In this document: positions 33,126 through 45,354 of the stretch, piece after piece
How the letters are laid out: every line of letters starts with the position of its first letter
Numbering within the stretch: position 1 is the first letter of the stretch
Assembly: GCA_964016885.1 (NCBI GenBank)
Contig: OZ024741.1
Coordinates: forward strand, 267,778,001-267,842,000
Length of the DNA: 64,000 nucleotides
Direction: 5' to 3'
From: Eledone cirrhosa
Lineage: Eukaryota
The notes under the pieces: generated by a model
Databases searched by the model: none
Told to the model about the DNA's origin: nothing
What the model saw: only the letters and a program-made list of their open reading frames with translations
Position numbers and translations under genes: made by a program

Positions 33126-34225
33126 ACTAGATATATATATATATGTGTATGTGTGCCCCACCCAAGTCTCATGCATCCAGCTGTAGAAACCAAGCCAAAA
33201 TCAGTTCTGTATGAGCAAGACGAGGTCACCTGACCTGGCATTGCTCACAACAGAACAACTTGTCTAATCCATGCTAGCATGGAAAAATGGACGTTAAATA
33301 GTGCCTTTCTTTGTTTTTTAAGATCATAGTGTGTTATTTAGCTATTATTTTAAACCTCCTAGTTGTCTTGAATTTAGGAAGTTATTAACTCCATTTTGAA
33401 ATGGCAAACTGTTTTATTTTTACGGCTTCAGGTGAAGATAAGTGCAGTTAGACTGAACACAGATCATCACTGCAACAGATGTTAATACCATTTTAGAACA
33501 ATTTATGTACACTATATTATTGTATGTAGTCAGCATGCTCCTGTGAAAAGAGCAACAACACATAAAAAATTAGTATATTATATCCAGGAACCAAGCTGTG
33601 GAAAAGGGGCAATCACTTCAATTATAATCATCACTGTTTAGTGTCCATTTTTCCATGCTTGCATGGGTTAGACATGTTGTCCACGTTGGGAGACAAGTCT
33701 GGCCAGAATTGGCCATGTTGCACCTTGCTTCGATGGGACTGTAAATTTGGCTGGGGATTTTACAGCTGGATGCGCTTCCTAACACTAACCACATTTACAG
33801 TGTGTAACTAGATGGCACCGATACAAGGAAGAACAGGCCAGTTGACTGCTCTGAACCTATCTCACAGCAGAACCATAGTTTGGGAGTCCAGTACTGGATG
33901 GCATTGATATGAGGAAAGACAGGACTGTTGGCTTCATTGAACCCCTTTCAGAGTGGAACCACAGTCCATTCAATAAAACTTACTAAACAATAATCCAGAG
34001 ACTACCAGAAATAAAAATCAAGAGCTATGTGATTTCAGAAAATGTGACCAAACTGCAGTCTTTCCATGAAGACAGAAATGTTATGTAGAAAAAAGTAAGG
34101 GATTACTAAAACGTCAATGTAAACCCAAACATTTTTTTAATCAAAATTTATGGATATTTTTAACAAAAGGTTGTAGAATGATATCATCAGTAGAGAGTCT
34201 GACAAAACACCTTGTGATATTTATT

Positions 34226-34440
34226 TAACCCTTTAGCATTTAATCTGGCTGGATACAGCCAGAATTATCTCACCTCTTTCTGTTCAAACTGGCTGTAACT
34301 GACTGCTCATACTTGTGTTAAGGTCTCAAAATAAATGATATTGAAATCTTGTAGATTTGATATATGAGATAATTAGGTGAGGTAAAGACTTTACCATGAA
34401 AATATAATAGTAAATATAGAATAATGTAAATGTTAAAGAA
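34226..34440 (+). mobile_element. piggyBac-like MITE (TTAA-CCCTTTAGCATTTA end); related copies ~42520-42758 and ~49958-50172
   Basis: TTAACCCTTTAGCATTTAA left end, degenerate inverted right end, three similar copies. Confidence 0.6.
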
Positions 34441-37189
34441 TAATGTAAATCTTACCTTCTGAGTTAAAATCTCACCAGGATCAATTTTATCTTCCATCCC
34501 AACTAAGTGCAGAGGTTGAAATAACTGATAATGTCTTCCCCTATTTTTTTTTTATTTGCCTTGTGCCTGATTATAATGCTAAATATTTTATGCAAAACAA
34601 AAAGCCTCACCTTAGAGCAAACTATGTCCACCTCCTCCCTCAATAAAGACACCAAACTTACTTGTTGCAGATGAATGCAAGATGAATGAAATATACACTA
34701 CATTAGCATTTTCTCTCCCTCACTCACAAATAAATGGGTTTTAAAGCCAATAAGAGGGGCTTTACATGGTTACTTAACATGTTAAAAATAAGACCCAAAT
34801 CACTCTTTTATCACACTCTACTATCCTAAAAAGAAATGCACACTTGGTAATGTAGTCCCAGATACATTATGTGTGAAGAAAATATGGAATGGTAATGAAT
34901 GGAGCATCTTTGATCATAAGTCCACACAATTTCAGGCCTGACCTGGAGTGAAACAATAACAACATCAAGAACATAAGCAAGTTTATGAGAGCACTGAGTT
35001 CTATAACAAGACACACACTTACTAACAGACATGGCTAGATACAAGATTGATAGTGAAGAAACAGCTGTGGTGTTTGAAACAGATAGGATAAGTACATATC
35101 CTGCAGTAGATAGTGATGCTATCACTGCAGTTACACCAACCACCTGCACAAATAACCTAGAAAACTCACTGATTGAGACAAGAGAGCCTCTATGTAGTTA
35201 CTCAGCCTGCTAGAAGGAACAACCAAATCATCCTGTTAAAAATCTTCTGTGTTAAAAACACAAAAAAGGCATATTAAACAGGTAAACTAAAAGACCTTAA
35301 CTCCTGACTGAGGAGTTGTTAGGGATTAAAAATGCCTCAGTATTTGTTCTAGCTCACTGCATTCCAAGTTCAAATCCTGTCAAGGTTTACTTTGCCTTTC
35401 ATCTTTTGGAGGTTGATAAATAAAGTACTAGTCCAGTAGTGGGGTTGATTCTTCTTTTATCTCTTGGTTCAGACCTGGAGAAGGATGGGTTCCACCAGTT
35501 TAAATTTTTCACACTTAGAGTTGCTTTCAGAAACATGTTTTCACACTCAGAGTTGCTGAAGCATGAAACAAACCACCTCCATCAGTTGTTAGCTGTCCGG
35601 ACACTGCATCCTTCAAAACTTTCATGCTACCTGAAATTTGCCAACACTACACCTGATATCCCCCGACCTACATTATTCTATATACTATACTTGCACTTTT
35701 GATGAGTTGTAGTGCACATGAGCAATGTACACAATAATTTTCATTCAAATACCAAGTATTACTTCATGTTGGCTCTCCCTACTGGCATGGTTTGGATGGG
35801 TTGCCTCAATCAAAGCCAGTTTTCATTCAGTGTAACTGCCCCTCAGGATGAGTTCAAGGGTCATTTTTCACTCATCATTTTTGGCAAGTTTTCTTTGGTT
35901 GGATGCTCTTCTTAATACCAACTACTTTACAGAGTGTACTGGGTACATTTTATCATCACACAGGCACTAGAGAGGTTGTAATGTTTTTGTCAAGTAAAGG
36001 GTCCTCCCGACCCCACATCCCCATATTTTCTTTTTATCGGTTAAATACGAGGAAGAGCTGTGCCCATGGTTTTTTTCATGGCCTTCAAGACTGGTGGGAG
36101 GGAGGCAAGAAGGTATCCTTAAACTAGAGACTTAGCCTGAATGCTTGCAACAGGGTAGATACCGTTAAATGCACCTGAGGGCCAGTGGGTGATGATTTAA
36201 ACCAGATTAAGTCTACCAGCAAAGAAGGCAATGGCAGGCTTTAAATTCAAACCATAAAGAGCCAGAATAAATACCACAAGGTATCTAGTCCAATGTGCTA
36301 ACAATTTCATTAATACACCTTCCTAGATAGATACTTTATTTGTTGATCTTCCTTGAAAGATGAAAGACAAAGTTGACCTGTGGGATTTGATCCCAGAACA
36401 CAGAGAACCAGGATAAATACTGTAAGGTGTGATGCTAATTTGCTGTTTTTAATATCTTACCCCCCCCCCCCCCCCCAAAAAAAAAACGTTTGCTGTTCCT
36501 CACATTTTAATTCACAGCTGAAACCAATGAAAGAGCCTCTACACAGTCATCTACTAAAAATAGCAGCCAAACCTCCTTCAAACCACACTCTTCCATCTTA
36601 AATATGTTCTATATAGAAGTATACATTGGACAGTGCAGTCCATGATAGACCAAAAAAAAATGGGGCAGTTACAGCTCTTAATGCCTTTGATCATAAACAA
36701 CAACAATTAAAACCGTTAAAGCTTCTGTGAAAATGTCAGACTCACAATCTCCTACCATCTCCCATGACAACCACATATCTTTAAAACAAGATCCTAATCC
36801 TAGTTCACAGTTGAGTAGGTTACTAAGCAGGTTAGAAAAGATATTCAACTGAATAAACAATTATTTCCAACAATATGTATGTATGGGCACGTAAACTCCT
36901 GATGGAGATGTCGGGTCACTGTTGTGACATACAACAGGTCTTGGGTATTTTAAAGCTGACAGAGGTTACCCCCTCTCCAGATCTGATAACAGCTGATTTC
37001 TTCTAGAGGTGAGAGAGAGAGAGGAAGTAAGAAAGTGATATAGAGAAAGAATCAAGCTCAGTACAGGACTGGTATTTTATTTATCAATCATGAATCTTGG
37101 GTAATGACTGAAAGAATACAATTGCAAATACAAGCAGCCAAAGTGGGGCTCTTTTGAAGAGTCTTTGGATTAACATTACATGATAGAGT

Positions 37190-37507
37190 GCATTGAGAGA
37201 TCACAGCTCTGATGCTATGGGCAGGTGGTTAGAATGTCTCAGGAAAGAATCGCTGGACAGATTTTACTGGCAAAACAAATAGGCAAGAGACCCAGGGGTG
37301 GACCCCAAGCAAGATGGCTGGATAACATCCATGAGCTTGGCTGGTCACACTTGGGGGATCCAGCTGGATTAGTTCGAGATGGTTGATTCGGACAGGACCC
37401 ACTGGAAGGAGTGTTTGAGGACTCCTCACCCATGGCCTTCTGAAGAAGAAGAAGAAGAAGAAGAAGAAGAAGAAGAAGAAGAAGAAGAAGAAGAAGAAGA
37501 AGAAGAA
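37190..37507 (+). mobile_element. Old RTE-like 3' fragment ending in (GAA)n; related minus-strand fragment ~41590-41910
   Basis: Degenerate G-K-R-P-R-G-G-P-x-x-R-W-L-D motif followed by GAA repeat. Confidence 0.6.
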
Positions 37508-39877
37508 TGAAAGGCCAAATTGACTCAGTGAGATTTGAACTCAGGGCACAGAGAGTTGGAACGAGTGCTGTGCAGCATTCTATCAAACATTCTAACAACT
37601 CTGCCAACTTGCTACCTTCTTACAATACTAACAATATGCAGGAGTCCAAATTTGCAAAAAATCAACCCATCTGAGCTTGCTTAAAAAAAAGCAATAATGC
37701 CAAAATGGAAACAACAACAGCAATAACAAAAATTAGTGACAATAATCTAGAGTATCAAACTGAATATCTAATGTATTCCATAAGGATTCATAACTACCAT
37801 AATTTAACCTTTTGCTTATGGGAATTTGCGTGTGTTTACTCATGAGAGAGAGAGTGGGGGGGAGGCAGAAAGAGAGATAGAGAAAGAAAGAGTGAGTGTG
37901 TGTTTGTAAAAATTAAAACACTTCTGTTATATAAAAAAAAAAACATAAAAACAAAAACCAAAAACAAAATTGATAGAACAAATATCTCAACAGCATTTTA
38001 TCCGATGCTCAACCAATTTTTCCACTCTGTTTAGTAACCAGATAATATTAGAAGAAAATTGGTAGAGCATCAAACTTAATGACACATCAGTTTTTAGTTT
38101 CATCCTTCTGGGCTCTGAGTTCTAGTCGCACTAGATTCTACTTCCTCTGCCATCCTTACAGTTTTGATATATTTTGAACCATTAATTCCTGATGCAGTTG
38201 TAGGGGTGCTGTCTTGACACATGGTGTATCTGAGGCATTTGAAACCTGGTGACACACATCTCGCTCTAGGCTGGAACACTGCCAATTTCTTCCAGAGAAA
38301 GAGGAGGGAGTGAGAGGAAAAATTAACCTCAGGTGTGGTACTTTATTTATTGACATTGAAAGGATGAAAGGCAAAATTGACCGCAACAGGATTTGAATTC
38401 AGAGCACAGAGAGCTAAAAAAAAATACTGAGGTATTTTTTTTTTGATACCGTAATGGTTCTACCAAATCGCACCCCTTTGATATAATAAATACCAGTAAT
38501 ATACTTAGGAGCTGATTGAATAGATTATAAACCTTCCATAGAATTATGAATGACCTCTTTTGTCATCCCACTGTTCTTAAAAAAGAGGAGACATTGTAGA
38601 TAGTGTAGTCTTAGATACAATATGTCTGAAAAAAAGATGGGATGGTAACAACTGGAATACCTTTGATTGTAGGTAGTTCTGGTCAATCAGGTCTGGCCTG
38701 TTGTTAAAAGAAACCTAACAAATAAACATTCTATGAGCCAACCCCACCAGATGCACCACCTTTACAAACATTCATGTCAACTGTGAAAGTACCTCAGGTA
38801 GTTTTAGACCAACCACATTACTAGTCCTAACAATGTCTCTTCCATCGACGTCAAACAATGTCCCCCAGAGCTAGTCCCTATATTAACAAAACTTTTTTAT
38901 CTCTTTCTCTCCCTCTCCCTCTCTCTCTCTCTCTCTCGAGATATACCCTGATCTTTGGAAAAACACTTAAGCGTTTTCCATTCACCAAGAAGGGTAACCC
39001 CTCTGACCCTGCCAGCTATTGTCCTCTCACATTCAAATCAGGTATCTCAAAATTAACGAAAACAGTCATTAAATATACTAGCAGAAAAACCACCCTTGGG
39101 GTGGTTTTCTGCTAGCATGTGTAGTGTGTATATTGATATTATACACAGGTATATATACATGTAGATAAGATACATCAAATAAAATCGTAATTGACAATAT
39201 ACACAGAAATTGAACGAAGTCTAAGTTACACTGTGTTATGTAATCAGTAAAGTAATCCATGATACATTAAAAAAAGACGATATTATATATAAACTGCATT
39301 AGGAGAAAATTAGTGATGGAAATATATGAATGTTTATTTAAGCGATCGCTAATCGGAAGTGTTGACATTTGAAAATTTTAAAGCAGCAACAAAATTATTT
39401 ATATTTAATCAAGAATAATGAAATTTAGTAGATAAATTATGTAATATTCATTCATTATTTATTCAAAGTAATCCAACTTATTTTACAAACGGGATAAAAA
39501 AATATATATTCTGGACACAGTCCCGCACTCCTTACTTTATTTAGATTAAAAAACATCAATACAAATATAAATTCTTCAATTCTAGTGGAAGGAAGTCACA
39601 GTAGAGGAAGACCTGGGAGGTGGTGGTGAGAGGTGACCTCGAATCGCTGAAACTCACAGAGGAGATGACAAAGGAATGTAATGAGTAGAGAGACGCTGTG
39701 CTGAAAAGGACCCATTCAACCCATACAAGCATGGAAAAGCAGACATATGATGATGATGATGCTAATGATATAAAACAAAAACTTATGGTGTTGGGTTCAA
39801 GGCCAACATTTTGTAAGACACTAAAAAAAATGTATTGCCCAGTAAATGTTTTCTTTTTATACCATTACTTCCCACAA

Positions 39878-40957
39878 GTCACAGGACAGAGAGGTCATAT
39901 GATATAGAGGTCACAGGATGGAGAGGTCACAGGACAGAGAGGTCACAGGACAGAGAGGTCACATGATAGAGAAGTCATATGATATAGAGGTCACAGGATG
40001 GAGAGGTCACAAGACAGAGAGGTCACAGGACAGAGAGGTCACAGAACAGAGAGGTCATATGACATAGAGGTCACAGGATGGAGAGGTCACAAGACAGAGA
40101 GGTCACAGGACAGAGAGGTCACAGAACAGAGAGGTCATATGACATAGAGGTCACAGGATGGAGAGGTCACAGGACAGAGAGGTCACAGGACAGAGGTCAT
40201 ATGACATAGAGGTCACAGGATGGAGAGGTCACAAGACAGAGATGTCACAGGACAGAGAGGTCACAGGACAGAGAGGTCACAGGACAGAGAGGTCATATGA
40301 CATAGAGGTCACAGGATGGAGAGGTCACAGGACAGATGTCACAGGACAGAGAGGTCACAGGACAGAGGCCACAGGATGGAGAGGTCACAGGACAGAGAGG
40401 CCACAGGACAGAGGTCACAGGACAGAGAGGTCACAGGACAGAGAGGTCATATGACATAGAGGTCACAGGATGGAGAGGTCACAGGACAGATGTCACAGGA
40501 CAGAGAGGTCACAGGACAGAGAGGTCATATGACAGAGGTCACAGGACAGAGATGTCACAGGACAGAGAGGTCACAGGACAGAGAGGCCACAGGATGGAGA
40601 GGTCACAGGACAGAGGCCACAGGACATAGAGGTCACAAGACAGATGTCACAGGACAGAGGTCACAGGACAGAGAGGTCATATGACATAGAGGTCACAGGA
40701 TGGAGAGGTCACAGGACAGAGAGGCCACAGGACAGAGAGGTCATATGACATAGAGGTCACAGGATGGAGAGGTCACAGGACAGAGAGGCCACAGGACATA
40801 GAGGTCACAAGACAGAGATGTCACAGGACAGAGGTCACATGACAGAGAGGTCACGGGCTGGAGAGGTCACAAAACAGACAGGTCACAGGACAGAGAGGCC
40901 ACAAGGCAGTGAGGCAACAAGATGGAGAGGTCACAGGACAGAGAGGTCACAAGCCAG
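39878..40957 (+). repeat. Minisatellite of 14-16 bp units (GAGAGGTCACAGGACA and variants), ~65-70 units
   Basis: Directly visible; recurring higher-order variants GGTCATATGACATA and GGATGGA. Confidence 0.95.
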
Positions 40958-42158
40958 GTAACCTGATAACTATTATAGTTTCACTATTTTATTTATTTAA
41001 AAAATTATTTTATTTTGAAGTTGAAATATATTACATTTTGTTTTTTCCCATTATTCTTATTGTTTGTAAAATTACTCACATTTGTTAAAACAATCACATA
41101 CAAAAATGAATGAAATTTTCACAGCATCTGCTTTATCTTCAATCTATGTACCATATTTATTAATCCTTTTTAGACCAACCTGCCTAAACCCACCTTTTGT
41201 TCTATGAAACTAAATTATTTATTTTAGAGACACCTTATTTAAATAAAAATCTTCCAACATAATTTTATATGAACCTTTTGTTACAAATACTACCATGATA
41301 TTGTTATACTTTGGGAGGGTAATGCTGCCAATAAAAACACATGCTCCAGTTGGGTTTTATTTCAATTTAATATTCCTGCCTAACCCATGCTAGCATGGAA
41401 GAACGGACGTAAAACGGTGATGATGATGATGATGATATTATAATTTCTTGTCTGTTAGTTTAATAACCGAATGGTTATTTAGTTGTTGATTGTCAAAGCT
41501 CTTTTTCCATGCATTCTGTGACCTCTTCAGTGACTACTTTCATTACTTTATCATAATAATTCTTTCTAAAATTAGCATTTCTTCTTCTTGGGAAGATTGT
41601 GGAGGCAGAGTCCTCAAGCACCTTCCAGCAGGTCCTGTCAGAAGCAACTGTCTCCAAATGATCTGACAGGATCCCCAAGCAAGACCAACTAAGCTCATGA
41701 ATGTTGTCCAACCATCTTGTTTATGGTCTACATCCTGGGTCTCCTGCCTAGTAGCTTTGCCTGTAAAATCTGTCTCACGATTCTTTCCTTAGACATTCTA
41801 ACCATATGTCAGTTGTATTGGAGCTGGGATCTCTCAATTTGGAGTAGTATCAATTCTACCTGGAGTGACTCCCTAATCTCTGAGCTACACACCCTATCAA
41901 GTAATGTTAATCAAAGCAGCTGAAATAGAGTTCCTTCAAAATATTGGCGCAAAGTCATGAAATGAGGGAGGGGGGTCAATTTTATTGACTTCAGTACATG
42001 ACCGGTACTTTATTTTGTCAAACAAAGATAATAAGCAAATTGATTTTGGTGGGATCTGAAACCAAAATGTAGTGTGTCTTAACAAAATAGTGCAATCCAT
42101 TTCATCTGACGCTCTACTGATTCTGCCAATCCACTGCCCACAATACCATCATAATAAT

Positions 42159-42480
42159 TGTTTCTACTTTAGGCACAAGGCCAGCAAATACCCAGTGCAT
42201 TACTGGTACTTTATTTTATCGACCCCGTAAGGATGAAAGGCAAAGTTAACCTCGGTGGGATTAATGGTTTCTGATTTAGGCACAATGCCAACAATTTTTG
42301 GGGTGGGGAAAGTCGATTAAATCGACCCAAGTGCATTACTGGTACTTTGTTTTATCAATCCTGTATGGATGAAAGGCAAAACTAACAGTGGCAGGATTTG
42401 AACTCAGAACGTAATGGGCCGTAACTATATGCTGCAAAGCATGTCGAATGCCCTACAAATTCTGCCAATCCACCTCCCTT
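42159..42480 (-). mobile_element. Tandem SINE family 2 insertion bounded by an 18-bp direct repeat
   Basis: CAATACCATCATAATAAT at 42141 and 42481 (probable TSD). Confidence 0.75.
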
Positions 42481-42854
42481 CAATACCATCATAATAATAA
42501 AATAATAAAATAATTTTAGTAAATCCCTTAACCGGCCATATCCAGCCAGAATTCTCTCACCTCTTTCTGTTAAAGCTGGCTGTAACTGGCCACTCATACT
42601 GATGTTAAGGTATTCTTCTCAAAATAAATAATATCAAAATCTTGTAGATTTGATATTATGTGAGATAATTGTGTGAGGTAATGCTTTTACCACAAAAAAT
42701 ATAATAGTAAATATATAGTAATGCAAATATATAGTAATGCAAATGCGAAAAGGTTTAAATTCTTTATTGATTTATTGAAACAGTGTATTTTATTAGAAAC
42801 GTGGTAACAAAAGTGTTATGGTATAGGAGTTTAAAATCTATCTTGAGTCTAGAT

Positions 42855-42955
42855 CAGTGGTTCTCAACCGAGGTCCATATGGACTCTGGGGGTCCAGCTA
42901 ACACTACTAAAGGTTTTCACAAAAAAAAAAAAAAAGCAATTTGGGGGTTCCACTG
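42855..42955 (+). mobile_element. hAT/Charlie-type MITE left end
   Basis: CAGTGGTTCTCAACC preceded by GTCTAGAT (NTCTAGAN target); right end not found. Confidence 0.6.
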
Positions 42956-42959
42956 CATG

Positions 42960-43888
42960 CGTGGACAATATGTAAAGAAAATAAACCGAATACTCTGATG
43001 GCTGGATAATCTTTAAGATTTTTCCTCGATGAAGCAGGAAAAATGATGGCCCTAGTGGATCAAGAAAATGAATTTTTTTATGTGCATAATATGCCTTGAA
43101 ATTTCGGGAAAATCGGCTAGACGTAACGCCTCAAAATAGCCCTAAAAAGCTGAAAAAATGAAGTTTTTCACCGAATGCGGGCCCTAGGCCATAAAAAAGT
43201 TGGATTTTCTTTGTTCACGGCATGAAGAAGAGACTGACTAATACATAGTTACAACTTCAAGGAAATCAGTCTACGTAACGACTCAAAAAAAACCTAAAAA
43301 CCTGAAAAAACGCAGTTTTTCACCTAATGTAGGCCCTAGGGGATCAAAAAGTTGAAATTTTTTATGTGCATAACACTCCCTGAAATATAAGTAATACACA
43401 TGTAAATTTTGAAAAAATCGGTTGGGTACTTTTCAAGTTTTAGGATTCAAACTCACAGACACACACACACACATCCTCAGGGAAGTGACGTAATGCAGAC
43501 AGTCAGACATAGACAGATATTATAAGGGCGCGCCGAGGTTAACTTTGCCTTTCATCCTTACGGGGTCGATAAAATAAAGTACCAGTAATGCACTGGGTAA
43601 TTGCTGGCCATGTGCCTAACGTAGAAACAATTATAAGGGCGTGACGTTATATGTATGTATCTATCTAAAAAGAGAAAGACTAAGAATTATAAAGAGAGAT
43701 CGCTAAATCGTCTAATGCGGTCCCTAGAGCATTGAAAATTTGAAATTGTTTTTTGTTCAGAACACTCCCTGAAACATAAGTATTACATGTGTAAAGTTTG
43801 AAAACAGTCGGTTGGGTGGTTCTCGAGTTTTAGGGATTCAAACTCACACACACACAGACAGACATCCTCAGTTTTATATATATAGATA
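42960..43888 (+). mobile_element. Non-autonomous Helitron/Helentron-like element with internal ~140-bp subrepeats
   Basis: Repeated GGCCCTAG...AAAATCGG units; ends TCGGTTGGGTGGTTCTCGAGTT...ACAGACAGACATCCTCAGTTTTATATATATAGAT. Confidence 0.55.
43531..43629 (+). mobile_element. 5'-truncated SINE family 2 with 12-bp TSD
   Basis: ATTATAAGGGCG at 43519-43530 and 43630-43641. Confidence 0.85.
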
Positions 43889-44160
43889 TATATAAAGCAG
43901 ACATTTGTAAATCCATTAAATGATTTAATAATAATCCTTGTTTAAGCTTTCATTTATATATATATCATCATCATTGTTTAACATCTATTATCCATACTTG
44001 TATAGGTTAGATAGGTTGTCACATTATGAGAGGAGGTGGGTCAGGTGACCCAATTTTACTCATATAGATCTGTTTTGGGCTTGGCTTCTATTGCTGAATG
44101 CCCTTCCTAATGCCAATGTCTCTCTCTCTCTCTCAGTAGTGCGGACAATATCGACCTCTC

Positions 44161-44238
44161 CACATGCTGATGACCCACAGGGCCAAATTGGAACCCACTA
44201 AAATGGCGAAACAATCTCCTGGTGAGTTTGTACATGTG
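44161..44238 (+). ncRNA. Type I hammerhead ribozyme with extended stems
   Basis: cacaug-CUGAUGA-ccca...uggc-GAAACAA-(ucuccuggugagu)-UUGUA-caugug; 6-bp stem I, 4-bp stem III; C10.1/C11.1 mismatch; truncated repeat at 44666-44720. Confidence 0.75.
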
Positions 44239-44751
44239 TGATCTAGGTATGAGGTTGGTTTCTCATTTTAATTTATACTTTTAATTTTTATGTTTTTCCT
44301 ATGGCTCTATTAGCTTATATTCTCTTCACGCTGGTGGTGTGAAATTCCTGTAAAGGAAAACACACTCTCCTGTGTCTTTCCCCTCTATATATTGTATTTT
44401 AAAGTGCCCAGGAAAACTCTTTCCTTTGAGCTCATTTAATTACAGGATTATACGCGAGTCCTTTGTTCTGTTAATTTACTTGATATTTGCTCCTTGCGTT
44501 CTCTCTGTTGAGCACCTTAAATTGAACAGCATAGGCTGCCATCTCTAGCAGCTTGTTCTGTTCATGCCACCGGTTACTGCCTCGCGCACGTATTTCCCTT
44601 ATTTTTACACGTGCTGCAGGTGGTTTACTATAGTTCTCTCAGTAGTGCGGACAATATCGGCCTTCCACATGCTGATGACCCACAGGGCCAAATTGGAACC
44701 CACTAAAATGGCGAAACAATTACTTTTCTGTGTTTTTTCCCCTTTATATAT

Positions 44752-44782
<31 letters not shown>

Positions 44783-44786
<4 letters not shown>

Positions 44787-44982
44787 TTCTACAAGACTAG
44801 AACTGTTTCATTCTTTAGACATCATCAGGAATCTCCTGATGATTTCTAAAGAATGAAACAGTTCTAGTCTTGTAGAATCTCATATATATATATATATGAG
44901 AAACTGTTTCATTCTTTAGAAATCATCAGGAGATTCCTGATGATTTCTAAAGAATGAAACAGTTCTAGTCCTGTAGAATTTC
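44783..44982. ncRNA. Cluster of four alternating-orientation hammerhead motifs (-,+,-,+)
   Basis: 44930-44982 +: gagauuc-CUGAUGA-uuucuaaagaau-GAAACAG-uucuaguc-CUGUA-gaauuuc; 44783-44835 - has perfect 7-bp stem I. Confidence 0.75.
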
Positions 44983-45180
44983 ATCTATATTAAAACTTTT
45001 ATACATCTATATACATCTATATTAAAACTTTTATACTCTGCAATGTATTGAGTACCTTACTTACTGTGGTTACCTCCGACTCAACCCGGAATAACATATA
45101 TATATATATATACATTACGTTACATGAATATCGTGGGGTAGACAGCAAAGCAATGAAATTTGGCGAAGTGAATTTCTATC

Positions 45181-45218
<38 letters not shown>

Positions 45219-45354
45219 GGGGGGGGTGGCCACATGATGATTGTGTGTATTGGGCGTTTGACCGCCATGCCTTCGAAGTAGCGGGTGGGGGTCGAGGAAG
45301 CGGGAGTTTCGAGTTTCGAAAGAAGGAAGAAGGAAAGGATTTTGTTTTTTGTAG

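Noticed and set aside
40158-40961. ORFs with ERSQDREVTG repeats
   Set aside because: All frames open only because of the minisatellite; units are not multiples of 3
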